Part shown: positions 26,005-38,342 of the stretch, one piece after another
How the letters are laid out: every line of letters starts with the position of its first letter
Position numbering within the stretch: the stretch's first letter is position 1
From: Eledone cirrhosa
Lineage: Eukaryota
Direction: 5' to 3'
Assembly: GCA_964016885.1 (NCBI GenBank)
Contig: OZ024741.1
Span: 310,372,001 to 310,436,000, forward strand
Length of the DNA: 64,000 bases
The notes under the pieces: generated by a model
Databases searched by the model: none
The model's input: the letters and a program-made list of their open reading frames with translations, nothing else
What the model was told of the DNA's origin: nothing
Made by a program: the position numbers and the translations under genes

Positions 26005-26203
26005 ATGTCTACTTGCACTTCTTTTCACAGCATATTTCATTTCCAGTTCTTTTTTCGCTGTCTTTGTCGATGTCTTTTCCGCTGTCTTTTCCGCTGTCTT
26101 TTCCACTGTCTTTCTGCCGTCTTTTTCTCTGCCTTTTCCACTGCCATCTGCTATGATTTTTCTTTTGTCATTTTCTATACTTTCTTTTCTTTGCTTCTTG
26201 AAC
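26005..26203 (-). CDS. Cytoplasmic juxtamembrane exon of the EGF/TM gene (RFKKQRKESIENDKRK...KTAEKTAEK...RSASRH)
   Basis: cag| acceptor, phase-2 start joining the TM exon (AG|G = Arg), basic stop-transfer residues, 66 open codons, |gtgagt donor. Confidence 0.65.
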
Positions 26204-26554
26204 CTGGATGTACATATTTCATTACAATTGTTTATGTATCCTAATTACAACGTATCATGTTTACTCTATCGCCTACATATGTTAATACAATCATGGCACC
26301 TGGTTTCTGTGAGAGGAGCTATATTTTGAACAAGTGGGTGGTAAAAGTGAGAACTAGATTGTAATGTAGAAAATTGTTTTTCAGGTTTAGACAAAAAAAC
26401 ATGTTACAGTTAAATTACAAATTAATTATTAATCTTATTACAGCAAATGGAAATTAAAAAATTATTAAATATCATTGTACTTAACAAAATTAAAATAACT
26501 AACGAGGGAATGACGACTTGGGTACAATCTCATATTCAGTCATATCTATAACAC

Positions 26555-26960
26555 ATTGGATTGGCAGTATCGGTAGAGGGTTAGACGCCATGCTTTCCAG
26601 CATAGTTAAGTCCCTCTACGGCCTGAGTTCAAATCTCGCCGAGGTTAACTTTGCCTTTCATCCTTACGGGGTCGATAAAATAAAGTACCAGTAATACACT
26701 GGGATAATTGCTGGCCTTGTGCCAAAAGTAGAAACAATTATTTCTCATCGAAGAAAGGGAGTAGATTGGCAGAATCGGTAGAGGGTCTGACGCCATGTTT
26801 TGCAGCAAAGAGTTACGGCTCTTTATGATCTGAGTTCAAATCCCTCCAAAGTTAACTTTGCCTTTCATCCATACGGGATCGATAAAATATAGTACCAGTA
26901 ATAGACTGAGATAATTGCTGGCCTTGTGCCAAAATTAGAAACAATTATTTCTCATCGAAG
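26555..26960 (+). mobile_element. Two tandem tRNA-derived SINEs (Nin/Deu-like core)
   Basis: 'ttggcag.atcggtagaggg...gagttcaaat...aactttgcctttcatcc.tacggg.tcgataaaat..agtaccagt...gccttgtgccaaaa.tagaaacaatta' occurs twice, period about 205 bp. Confidence 0.85.
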
Positions 26961-28478
26961 GCATCTGGTATCACTAATAATTTCCAGAGAGATATTCTCA
27001 TCGAACAATCTAATTCCTCCATTCTTATATAATTGAAATAATTAACCTAGGTAAGATCATTATTTTAAACAATATGAAATATGTTCTGTCATTTATTTTC
27101 ACTCCTTTATGTTCTGATACGAATGTGATTTTCACCGCTACTGCTTAGTCGATAGAATAAGTAACAGTCTTGTATTGCGAATCGGTTCGGTTTCTCAATA
27201 CATATGTCATGCCAGTTTATATTATTGTGGCCATGTAAGTCATATTTCTTATAGGCAATATGCCTTACGTACATATATCAGTGCTGATGCAAATTGGTAA
27301 CTATTTAAAAAATTGTTAATCTTATATAATTAGATTTCTGGATAATATATTTGATGTTACTCGGCTGAGACTTCATCAGATTGAGTGTTATCCCGTATTT
27401 TAAATTTTATTTTAACTGGGTTTGGGAAATATATAGTTATTGAGATAATATCTATAACATGATCTATTGAATAAGGATAATGCATGAGGTAAAGGTATTT
27501 GAGTGTCTTGTATCAGTCAACACTTATTTGTTAGAAAGTTATTTGAATGGTTAACATATTTATTAAAAGTGGGGATGAGAAACTTTCTTTGTGGGTGCTG
27601 GACCTGCTAAAGAAAGCAGTCAAAAACACATAATGTTGTTCGCAAGACACCTAAATATCAGTATGGTGATGACTGAATGTTTTTGATGATAGGTGTCCTC
27701 AGTTATGACTCACCTGAGCCTAAACAACAACTGAAGTGGGATAAAATTAGTAAACCCCAACTCCAGTAAATTTTACAGTTATTAAACAGGAATTTATCTC
27801 CAGATGGGTTTGAGCATGGACTAATGTAGTAGTGAAAAGCTATAATAGAATATAACATTTGGCTTCTTCATAATTAAGATATTATTTAATTTCCGAAAAC
27901 TTTTGGTTAACAGAGGCGGTAGCGCGCTGTTCTTAATGACATGTTATAATGACATTTATCCTTTCACATATACAGTTTATATCTCATTCAATAGAAACTT
28001 GACTTCCATTCTTTCGTCTCTGACAAACTTTCTATGCGTAGTGAACTTGATATATTTACATCTAACCCTCCGTAAAATTTGTGTCCTTTAATTGTGATCT
28101 TCAAAATATCTGTTTATCCTGTGTTAGTTTTAAACAATTACATCCCCATTGGAATTGTTTGGTCTTCTGCCAAATCGATGATTTTTATTATACAATCAAA
28201 TATGCTATCTGTCTAAACAAAAAATTGAAATCTAACCAAGTTGTCGTCTTACAGTTTACTTATATGTCTCTCTCTCCGTAAATATAGTACTGCACCATTG
28301 TGTTCATTGTATTCACAACTAAATCAGTTGCCTGGTTGATATATTGTCACTGTATTAGACTTCGACATATTAGACTCAATTATAAACTATTTCAATAAGT
28401 ATGCATTTGACTCGTGACATTTTGTACTTGTAACGGTATAAAAAAAAACAACTTAATATTGCTTGGGCTATAGAAAAT

Positions 28479-28919
28479 GTAATTAGCTAATCAAAATATA
28501 CTAGACCTGAAAAATGCGCAAGCTCAAAAGAGCCACAGAATGTTATAATAAACCTTCAAAAGTGTGGGACTAGAGTTGTTGCTAAAAAATATTGTAATCA
28601 TTATTTATCGTACATACTGTGGCATCCTTTTATAAAAAAGAGACTCATAATGAACTCAAGACGACACGATAATTACTTAAGCTAATGTTCAATATCTCAT
28701 ATAAGATGTTTAGTAATGATTAATACGAAATGCACGTCTTGAGTTCGTTATGAGTCTCTTTTTTCTAAAAGGATGCCACAGAGTGTACGATAGATAATGA
28801 TTACAATATTTTTTAGCAACAACTCTAGTCCCACACTTTTGAAGGTTTATTATAGCATTCTGTGGCTCTTTTGAGCTTGCGCATTTTACAGGTCTAGTAT
28901 ATTTTGATTAGCTAATTAC
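28479..28919. repeat. Fold-back/MITE-like element: 185-bp inverted arms, about 71-bp spacer
   Basis: 28479-28663 is the near-perfect reverse complement of 28735-28919. Confidence 0.85.
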
Positions 28920-29673
28920 TTTTAATTAGTTAATATAAATTTAAAAAATCATATATAAATTAACAATATAACTTAGAGAAAAATATTTTGATGATAAACG
29001 ACGAAAAACTGGAGGAAGATTCGAAAGCGAAACGATAGATAAACGTCGAAACAAAGTGGCGGATGCTGATGCTTTTGAGCAACAATTACTCTGGTTGGTG
29101 ATTAGCCAATAAGACGATACATTACAAAAGATGTTTGGGAGGCATCACCACGGCCAGCGATACCCCTTGAATCTTTTATTCACAAGCTACCCATGTATGT
29201 CAGACACGCAGACTTAAAACATTCTATTGTTAGTCACTGCGTGTCTAACAGATAGGATATGCACAATATTGAGAACTAGATGTAATACTTTACAGTTTCC
29301 ATCTTTAATGCCTGATGTATCTGTATTCAAATAACATCAAGGCAAAGCTTGTTTTAACCTATGAAACACAATTACTGTGTTGGTGTCGAAGAAATTTCTA
29401 AAATGTCCTGGTCAAATTATGAGGCAATAATTAGTCAAACGACTGCAATTAGTACATTTAATATTATACGTGGATATTATTATTTACCGAACAACCTAAC
29501 TGGGAAAATAAATATGAATATTGAAAACCCATCGCTGAAACATACGGAAGCCAATTACAGAATATACAAATATAAAACAAAATACAATTTTATTAACTCT
29601 AAATCTAAACATCAGACAGATTCAAATTCACCAATTACTTCTAACAATTGTATTGATACAAGAAATCACATAC

Positions 29674-29764
29674 CTGTAAAAGACTACTGTCACCACAATT
29701 CCAACAAATAGGAAAGATATAGACAAAATCATCACACCATAAGCGGGATGTAGTCCGGATGGTT
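29674..29764 (-). CDS. Transmembrane exon of the EGF/TM gene (EPSGLHPAYGVMILSISFLFVGIVVTVVFYR)
   Basis: ttttacctttcgacag| acceptor, |gtatgt donor, 91 nt, phase 1 to phase 2; hydrophobic stretch of about 21 aa. Confidence 0.85.
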
Positions 29765-29789
29765 CTGTCGAAAGGTAAAATATTATATA

Positions 29790-29829
<40 letters not shown>

Positions 29830-29986
29830 TAATTTAATATATCAACTAACATAAGCGCACAGATGCACGCCTATGCCACCAAATACACAGGTTATGTCAT
29901 AGTACCTAGGTGGTTCAATGCAGGAGGATGCAGAACAATAATATAAAAGACGTAAAATAAGAAAATCTAGATTTTCTTATTTTACG

Positions 29987-30068
<82 letters not shown>

Positions 30069-30069
30069 A

Positions 30070-30416
30070 TTTGCCTGTAGAACAATAGGGGAGTGAGTGG
30101 AGCGGTCAAGCGTTGAAAGTGATATGTATACATCAGATTCTAAGGATAGTGTATGAAGTGGAGGAGGGACGTTATAGAATAGGTAAATCGAAAGAGAGTA
30201 GGAGACAATAAAAGATACTAGAAAGAAAAAAAAAATATATATATATAATATATTTTAACCAATCCTATTGACAACTACAATCTTCTCATATAAGGAAGTA
30301 CCCCTTTGAAAAGTTCGGCTATTTATTCACCAGGCTAAAAATTCTAATTTAGTCCAGAAATAGCTGTCGAAACGGCTTGAGCTCTGCCGTCGGGGTCATA
30401 CTTTTTCCTATATATA

Positions 30417-30464
<48 letters not shown>

Positions 30465-33400
30465 TTATATATAGGAAAAAGTATGACCCCGACGGCAGAG
30501 CTCAAGCCGTTTCGACAGCTATTTCTGGACTAAATTAGAATTTTTAGCCTGGTGAATAAATAGCCGAACTTTTCAAAGGGGTACTTCCTTATATGAGAAG
30601 ATTGTAGTTGTCAATAGGATTGGTTAAAATTTGTTGTAAACACAAATAAGTCTATTTGGTGGGTGGTAGGGGTTGCTGAACTTGCCTGTAGAACAATAGG
30701 GGAGTGAGTGGAGCGGTCAAGCGTTGAAAGTGATATGTATACATCAGATTCTAAGGATAGTGTATGAAGTGGAGGAGGGACGTTATAGAATAGGTAAATC
30801 GAAAGAGAGTAGGAGACAATAAAAGATACTAGAAAGAAAAAAAAAATATATATATATAATTAGATAGTGAGAAATTAATAAAGATATCACAATGCTATCT
30901 TACAATTACAGGTTAATAAGTTGAGAAATCGATGATGTGTTTTCGCATCGTGCGGGTGAAGCAACTTGAACTGCGTGGAAAAATCGGGATATGGCGTGGT
31001 AGAGTCGGAAAGTGCTCTACTACAGAGATAGGAGCTAAATAACAAACGAATTGTGGTAAGGAACCAAAAGGACTATAACGCACCAGTGTACTCAATACTT
31101 AGAGTAGTAGAGTGGGAAATAGGAAAAAGTATGAACCCGACGACAGAGCTCAAGCCGTTTCGACGGCTATTTCTGGACTAAATTAGAATTTTTAGCCTGG
31201 TGAATAAATAGCCGAATTTTTCAAGGGGGTACTTCCTTATATGGCAAGATTGTAGTTGTCAAGAGGATTGGTTAAAATTTGTCGTAAACACAAATAAGTC
31301 TATTTGGTGGGAAGTAGGGGTGGCTGAACTTGCCTGTAGAACAATAGGGAGTGAATGGAACGGTCAAGCGTTGAAAGTGATATGTATACATCAGATTCTA
31401 AGGATAGTGTATGAAGTGTGGGAAGGAGGTTATAGAATAGGTAAATCGAAAGAGAGTAGGAGACAATAAAAGATACTAGAAAGAAAAAAAAAATATATAT
31501 ATATAATTAGATAGTGAGAAATTAATAAAGATATCACAATGCTATCTTACAATTACAGGTTAATAAGTTGAGAATAGAAAAAACACTTATAGAAATTACA
31601 AAACAGATACAAACTTAAAGGGGTTTTTAACACATCTGCTATAAGTAGTTAGTAAAACGTATTCGGCCAATTCTATCTTAAAATAACAGGGGTGGGGGAA
31701 CTGATGCTACAAGGCCCGATGGGCTGCATCGAGGTAGGCGAAAGGGGAAAGCAGACGAGGAAGAAAATAGGGGGTGGAAGGAAGTGATAGATTGAAACAG
31801 GGGGAAGAAGGAGACAAAGAGGAAAATAAAAGAGGTATATTTACTCATGTAAGCTGGGGTTTCCTCTAACTTATTCGGCAAGTGTAAGCGGTGTATCAAC
31901 CCTTGTCTACCCACCCGGGTCGTTATAGGGTTTGAGGGCGAGGTAAGTCCTACGCAATCTGTGTTTGCATGCGGTTACCAGTTGATCTTTCTTGTTTAGG
32001 AGTTGGTCCTTCGAAAACAACATGTGTAATGTTTCCTCCGAGCATAGATTACACGGACGGCGTCCTCCCGTGTAAGAGTTAGCTCTGGACAGTGAGCTCC
32101 AAGTGAGATTGTAGGTTATATTGTTATCTTGGAGGTCTCAGATGTAGCCCGAAAGTGTAGTGGCATGTTGCCGAACCGGGTTTTCGGAAAATGTGTCGGT
32201 GTTGGTAGAGCCGGGTCTTGAAGTCACATGCGGTTAATCCTATATAAGCTTTGTCGGAGGTGTCTGTCCTGACGTTGGACTGGTAGATCACGTTACGTTC
32301 TCGGCATTTGTTGTTGAGGGGGCACGTGGATCTATCAGGGCAGTTAAACCTCCTGGTCGGCTCTCCACTGATGTCTAGGTTATTTCTTCCATAGGGGTTG
32401 AGTTTTTTGTTCTTTTAGGAGACGATGTTTTGTGCGAAGTTAGGTCTGGTGCTGTAGGAGAGTTTGATGGTGTTTTTGTTGATTATGTTGTGGTAGCGGT
32501 GTTGTAGTAGAAAGTGTTTTTCGAGGAGTCTAAAGAAGATTTACCCGATAGGTGTTGCCACCTCGGCATTGTGGGGAGGATTGAACCACGTTACGTTGCG
32601 TGAGCGGCGGTGTCGCCTGTTGGTTCCGCTAAGGGAAGCTGGATAAAAGGATATTTCCTCCCGGAAGCCACTCCGCTTGAGGGCCTGGTTGTAATGAGGC
32701 GCGTGTTCGTCGAATATCTGCTCATTAGCGGACAAACGAGATATGTGGAGGGAGATGTTTTTAACCAGGTTATTGGTGATGTTTCTAGGATGGTTAGAGC
32801 GGCGGTGGATGTAGTGCAGGTTGTCGTTTGGTTTCCTGTATGGGTAGTACAGATCATTTTCGAGGTTAAGGGTAGCGTCCAGGAAATTGACTCGGGTTAG
32901 GGACGTTTGTAGGGTGATTTTAAATCCCCAGTCCCGGAAGAAGTTGATTAGTTGTTTACGGACCCGGTCTGTACTACTGGGGTTGTACCCTTTGAGGGTG
33001 AGGAGCCCATCATCCCGGTACAATCCACGCCGAATGCAGGAAACATTTCGGTGAGTTTAAATAGTAGGAATAATCCTATAAGATCTGTGACCTCGGCCGA
33101 ATCCATCACGCCCATACTGACGTCGAAGGGGGATTCGGGAGCTCTCTTTATCCACTTGGAGTTGTCGAAAAGTAGGACTGTCTTCCTGGCGGGGAGAATG
33201 ATATTTCTTTCCTGGTCAGTAATGGGCGTGAGTGTTTCAGCAAAGTCCAAGTCGACCGTAGGAGCGGTAAGATAATAGTAACTCTCTATGTCAAACTGGA
33301 TGAATTTTGTGTCTCGTTTGTGCTCCATATTCCTGAACCATGAGATTACTTCCAGGGTGCCGACCATAAGCTAAGTCTCACGTTTTGCTTAACTTTTGGT

Positions 33401-34860
33401 ATAACTCGGTCTAGGATCTTTTTACAGATTCTCCCTATGTCCGACTTCGTTGGGTTTATAAGCCTAATGGATGGTATGCGGTCGAAGTCGGATTTGTGGT
33501 CCTTCAGTGTGAAGTAGGGAGTCCGTGGGTCTAGGGGTTCAGTGCGCTCGGAGACCCCGAGTCTGGAGGTAATTTGTTGTCCGTCTCGATTTATGTCCTC
33601 GATAATTGAATGGTTAGCCTTTTTATAGGCGGAGTTTAGGCTGCTCCTGATCAGTGTGTGGTATCTGTCAGGGTTAACGAAGTAGAGGTTTCCAGTTTTG
33701 TCCGAGTGCACCATGATGTCGTTGGTGTTTTCATACTCTGTTATTTTGCTACGGAGTTGTTGTAGGAATGTGTTGTGTCTGGGTTTGAATTTAATGCTTT
33801 TGACCAGGTGGAAAAGGTCGTTCTCGAAGGGTGAGAGCATAGGGTTCGGAGGGCGGATTTGTAGGTATTGAATCCAAATGTCTCCTTGGTGTCGAAGTCC
33901 AGATTGTCGCAGTATCTATCGTAGAAAAAAGTTCTCTATCTTAGTCTTTTCGCAAAAAGGTCGATTTTTTGCGTGATCATTCGAAGGTAAAGTTTTGTCG
34001 GTGGAAGTGGGATGTTCTTGGTGGAGAATTCGATGTTGTGTTTTCGCATCGTGCGGGTGAAGCAACTTGAGCTGGGTGGAAAAATCGGGATATGGCGTGG
34101 TAGAGTCGGAAAGTGCTCTACTACAGAGATAGGAGCTAAATAACAAACGAATTGTGGTAAGGAACCAAAAGGACTATAACGCACCAGTGTACTCAATACT
34201 TAGAGTAGTAGAGTGGGAAATAGGAAAAAGTATGAACCCGACGACAGAGCTCAAGCCGTTTCGACGGCTATTTCTGGATTAAATTAGAATTTTTAGCCTT
34301 GTGAATAAATAGCCGAATTTTTCAAGGGGGTACTTCCTTATATGGCATGATTGTAGTTGTCAAGAGGATTGGTTAAAATTTGTTGTAAACACAAATAAGT
34401 CTATCATGGCATTTGGTGGGAGGTAGGGGTTGCTGAACTTGCCTGTAGAACAATAGGGGAGTGAATGGAACGGTCAAGCGTTGAAAGTGATATGTATACA
34501 TCAGATTTTAAGGATAGTGTATGAAGTGTGGGAAGGAGGTTATAGAATAGGTAAATCGAAAGAGAGTAGGAGACAATAAAAGATACTAGAAAGAAAAAAA
34601 AAATATATATATATAATTAGATAGTGAGAAATTAATAAAGATATCACAATGCTATCTTACAATTACAGGTTAATAAGTTGAGAATAGAAAAACACTTATA
34701 GAAATTACAAAACAGATACAAACTTAAAGGGGTTTTTAACACATCTGCTATAAGTAGTTAGTAAAACGTATTCGGCCAATTCTATCTTAAAATAACAGGG
34801 GCGGCGGAACTGATGCTACAGGGCCCGATGGGCTGCATCGAGGTAGGCGAAAGGGGAAAT
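30070..34860 (-). mobile_element. Penelope-like element (probably Hydra-clade-like), near full length, with tandem and inverted pseudo-LTRs
   Basis: Disrupted ORF ~34050-31850 (FSTKNIPLP, HSDKTGN, RLINPTKSDIG, QFDIESYY, FDVSMG..DSAEV, YRDDGL, VNFLDATL, WFNPP, CPLNNKC, YIGLT). Pseudo-LTR copies at 34020-34860, 30920-31790 and 30466-30920; inverted copy at 30255-30415. Confidence 0.93.
30300..30396 (+). ncRNA. Hammerhead ribozyme, U3-A8 core variant with long stem II (further copies on minus strand: 30486-30582, 31134-31230, 34235-34331)
   Basis: acccct-TTGAAAA-gttcggctattt...aaatagctgtc-GAAA-cggc ttgagctct gccg-TC-ggggt. Confidence 0.75.
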
Positions 34861-34924
34861 GATTACGCAAATTAATAGAGTTCTTACTTTTTAGTATAAA
34901 GATTTATTATTTATATATTATTTC

Positions 34925-35115
34925 GGGCGGTGAATTGGCAGTATCGGTAGAGGGTCGGGCGCCATGCTTTGCAGCACAGTTACGTCCCTTTACGAACTGA
35001 GTTCAAATCCCACCGAGGTTAACTTTGCCTTTCATCCTTACGGCGTCGATAAAATAAAGTACCAGTAATACACTGGTATAATTGCTGGCCTTGTGCCAAA
35101 AGTAGAAACAATTAT
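34925..35115 (+). mobile_element. Nin/Deu-like SINE
   Basis: Same consensus as 26555-26960, with 5' 'ggcggtgaattggcagtatcggtagag'. Confidence 0.85.
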
Positions 35116-35619
35116 TTATATATTATTTATACTAAAAAGTAAGAACTCTATTAATTTGCGTAATATTTTATTTAGTTCTTGTAAACATCGTTTCAACTCA
35201 ACTTTTAGATATATATATAAAATGTAATATATGGTTCATCTCCTTTACATAACGGTTTCCATATCCAACCACCTACAACTTCATCCCTCAGATTATATCT
35301 ATATATGATTCATATATATTTAATTTACTTTCTATTATCTCTACTTCATAAATATACTTTATATTATTACACTTATCAATAGATTGTAACCTTTTTATAT
35401 GACTACTTGAAATTCTTTTAAGAAAAATTCTAAAAAGTTTTCCTTGAAAAACTTTCTGAAGGTTTTAGATAATTCTTGGTAAAACTTTTGAAAGTTCCTT
35501 TGAAAGATATGGCAAACCCATTATTTTCATATCTTCCAATATTTTATACCTTCAAACATTTTTAATATGTATCCAAATATTTATATATATGTGGAATAAC
35601 GTTTTTTTTTTTATATATA

Positions 35620-35845
35620 TGTGAAATAACCTATGGTTTATGTTTTAATTATATTCTTAAGATACATTTTTTAACTTTATAACATTTATGACTTCTTATA
35701 AAATAACCTATGGTTTATGTATTAATTATATTCTTAAGATAAATTTATGACTTCTTATAAAATAACCTATTGTTTATGTTTTAATTATACTCTTAAGATA
35801 ATTTTTTTAACTTTTTTAACTTTATAACATTTATGACTTCTCATA
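35620..35845. repeat. Short tandem repeat (3 units of about 55-75 bp)
   Basis: 'aaataacctat.gtttatgt.ttaattata.tcttaagat' x3. Confidence 0.8.
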
Positions 35846-36144
35846 AAAAAAAAAAAATAAAAATGTTTTTAAAGGTTTTTTATGTATCCTTGGAGTCATT
35901 TGAGTTCTTAAAAAATCACTTCTAACTTCCTTTATATTCCCTTACTGTTTTTATAATCTAATTAAGTAGTTATTCCTTTGAAAACTCTCGTAAATTTTCA
36001 TAAATTTGGAATTATTTGGATGTTTAAGTTTTGACTTACAACTATTAATAAATTCAATTTTGCCAAACTTTCTTTAATCAAATAAACCATACTAGATTTT
36101 CTCAAATGTAAAATACTATATATTTGAATAATTTATAATCCATA

Positions 36145-36312
36145 ACATACCGGACACCATGCTTTGACGCATAGAATTATGGCCCTTGCCATTCTGAGTT
36201 CAAATCCCGCCGAGGTTAACTTTGCCTTTCCTCCTTACGGGGTTGATATAATAAAGTTCCAGTAATGTACTGGATAATTGCTGGCCTTGTGCCAATAGTA
36301 GAAACAATTATT
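36145..36312 (+). mobile_element. Nin/Deu-like SINE, 5'-truncated
   Basis: 'ctgagttcaaatcccgccgaggttaactttgcctttc...gccttgtgccaatagtagaaacaatta'. Confidence 0.8.
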
Positions 36313-36906
36313 ACTAATACATCTTAATATAATATAAATACTTCTGTTTTAATTTTAATTTTTAATTTTTAATTTTAATATTAATATTAAATTAAATTTT
36401 TAATATTAAATTAAATTTTAATCTTTAATTTTGATTTTTAATTTTAAATCATATTTTTAAATATTTCATTTTCAATTTATCATTATAAATATTATAATCA
36501 CAACATAATGAACCCTACATTCTGAATGTTATTCTTCCACGTTAATCTTATTTCTTCTTTCACTTCTTCTTTCACTTAGGTATATTTACGTTCTGTATAT
36601 TCTTCCATTAAAATTTATTTCCTCGTTCACTTTAATTATCTTCATTATCACTATGTATAATCGTTCTTTCTTTCTTTTTCTCTCTTTCTCCTTCCTTTTC
36701 TTCTCTCTCCCTTACATATCCTCTTCTTCCAACAGTTTAATTTAAATAAACCGTTATCTTTTCAATTTTTCGGACACTCATTTGCATACTCACTCATAAC
36801 TTTGTATTACCCTCAATAAAATATTATCTCCACTATCCAGAAAGCTCCAACCGTTAAGGTTGTCTTTTTTCCGGGTATGTCAATATTTATTTATAAAACA
36901 AATCTG

Positions 36907-36972
36907 TATTTTATCTGATGAGAGCGCACCATAATTTGCCTTGGTTGCCCTTAAAATAAATATAATAAAATA
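36907..36972 (+). ncRNA. Degenerate hammerhead (related to 45119-45189)
   Basis: tattttat-CTGATGA-...-AAAA-taaata-TA-ataaaata: 8-bp stem I intact, GAAA box mutated. Confidence 0.5.
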
Positions 36973-37034
36973 AATATGGTTTTATAAATATAGTTTCCAT
37001 TTATTAATATATTGTATATATCTATATCTATATC

Positions 37035-37101
<67 letters not shown>

Positions 37102-37102
<1 letters not shown>

Positions 37103-37378
37103 GATCAGGAAAGAAGAGTGACACGGGTTGCTATACAAAAAAGGTTTTTAACCTCAGATTAAAAACCTTTTTTGTATATCAAACCGTGTCACTCTTCTTC
37201 CCTGATTTATTATTATTCAAAGTGTTTACAACATAGGAATTACAGCGTACTCGCAGCATCACTATGGAAACGCCTTGTTGAGCCAAACTTAGCCAAGCGT
37301 TGATATCATCCACTACCCGGAGTACCATAACTGGACTACACCTAAGTGGACTACCTATAACAATAATTTGTTACCCCG

Positions 37379-37380
<2 letters not shown>
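37102..37380. repeat. Short PLE-type footprint with terminal hairpin (37102-37206) between (TA)n tracts
   Basis: Inverted arms of about 50 bp: 'atcaggaaagaagagtgacacgg...aaaaggtttttaa' versus 'ttaaaaaccttttt...ccgtgtcactcttcttccctgat'. Confidence 0.7.
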
Positions 37381-37407
<27 letters not shown>

Positions 37408-37409
<2 letters not shown>

Positions 37410-37779
37410 AAAAAGGGATGAAATCGAAAATGTAACTGAAGTCTTATTTTTAAAAAAAAATATATATATTTATTTGGTTCCTTTACCGGTTTCGCAGTTC
37501 TTCTGCTTTTCAAAAGGTGAGTTGAGATGGAGGGTCTGTGGTTTTTCTCACATGTGATTCATGGATATAGAAACCGTTATGTAAAGGATGTGAGAAAAAC
37601 CACAGACCCTCCATCTCAACTCACCTTTTGAAAAGCAGAAGAACTGCGAAACCGGTAAAGGAACCAAATAAATATATATATTTTTAAAAAAAATAAGACT
37701 TCAGTTGCATTTTCGATTTCATCCCTTTTTCTCGTGTAGGACACCTCGGTTATTTTTCATTTTGTAAAAAAACCCTCAC

Positions 37780-37785
<6 letters not shown>
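37408..37785. mobile_element. Inverted-duplicated PLE terminus with a hammerhead in each arm
   Basis: Arms 37408-37552 and 37588-37732 are reverse complements; flanked by (TA)n. Confidence 0.85.
37624..37661 (+). ncRNA. Minimal hammerhead, U3-A8 variant (mirror copy 37480-37517, minus strand)
   Basis: cctt-TTGAAAA-gcag aagaa ctgc-GAAA-ccgg-TA-aagg; palindromic, loopless stem III. Confidence 0.85.
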
Positions 37786-37837
<52 letters not shown>

Positions 37838-37854
37838 ATATCAATTTTATATAC

Positions 37855-37986
37855 CTTGGCAGTTTATACCCTTATAACCTTCATCACATCCATCTGAACA
37901 TATTCCAAATCGTTTGTCACAGTAAAAGTTGTTGACACAATGGCATGTCCCTTCACAAGCAGCACCAAACATTCCAAATTGGCATT
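37855..37986 (-). CDS. EGF-like (MEGF10/Draper-type) exon: ECQFGMFGAACEGTCHCVNNFYCDKRFGICSDGCDEGYKGINCQ
   Basis: attttcag| acceptor, |gtat donor, 132 nt, phase 1-1, 8-Cys pattern C..G.FG..C...CHC.....CD...G.C...C..GY.G.NC. Confidence 0.92.
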
Positions 37987-38342
37987 CTGAAAATATCAGT
38001 ATATATGACAATGTTGAAGTTATAATTAATTACATACAGATATAAACGTGTTATCAATGTTATACCATATCAATAAGATTAAATATAAGTTTAAAGTGGT
38101 GATAAACAAATGAGTCTGAATACAACTATTAAATAATATATTGATACGGTACATTACAGAGAGAGGTTTTAAATTTATGTAAAAGCATAAAATCAATTTT
38201 ACAATATCTTATGAACTCATGGAAAAAATGAACATATAATTAGAAACATTGCATGTACAAATATCAGAATTCTTTCCTTGAGTCAGTTCTACTTTAATTA
38301 TTAGTGATATTCTTACATTTAACGACAATAATTCAATATATA

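Noticed and set aside
26555-26960. tRNA genes suggested by B-box 'gagttcaaat'
   Set aside because: They are SINE heads: no cloverleaf, and they are followed by the SINE core.
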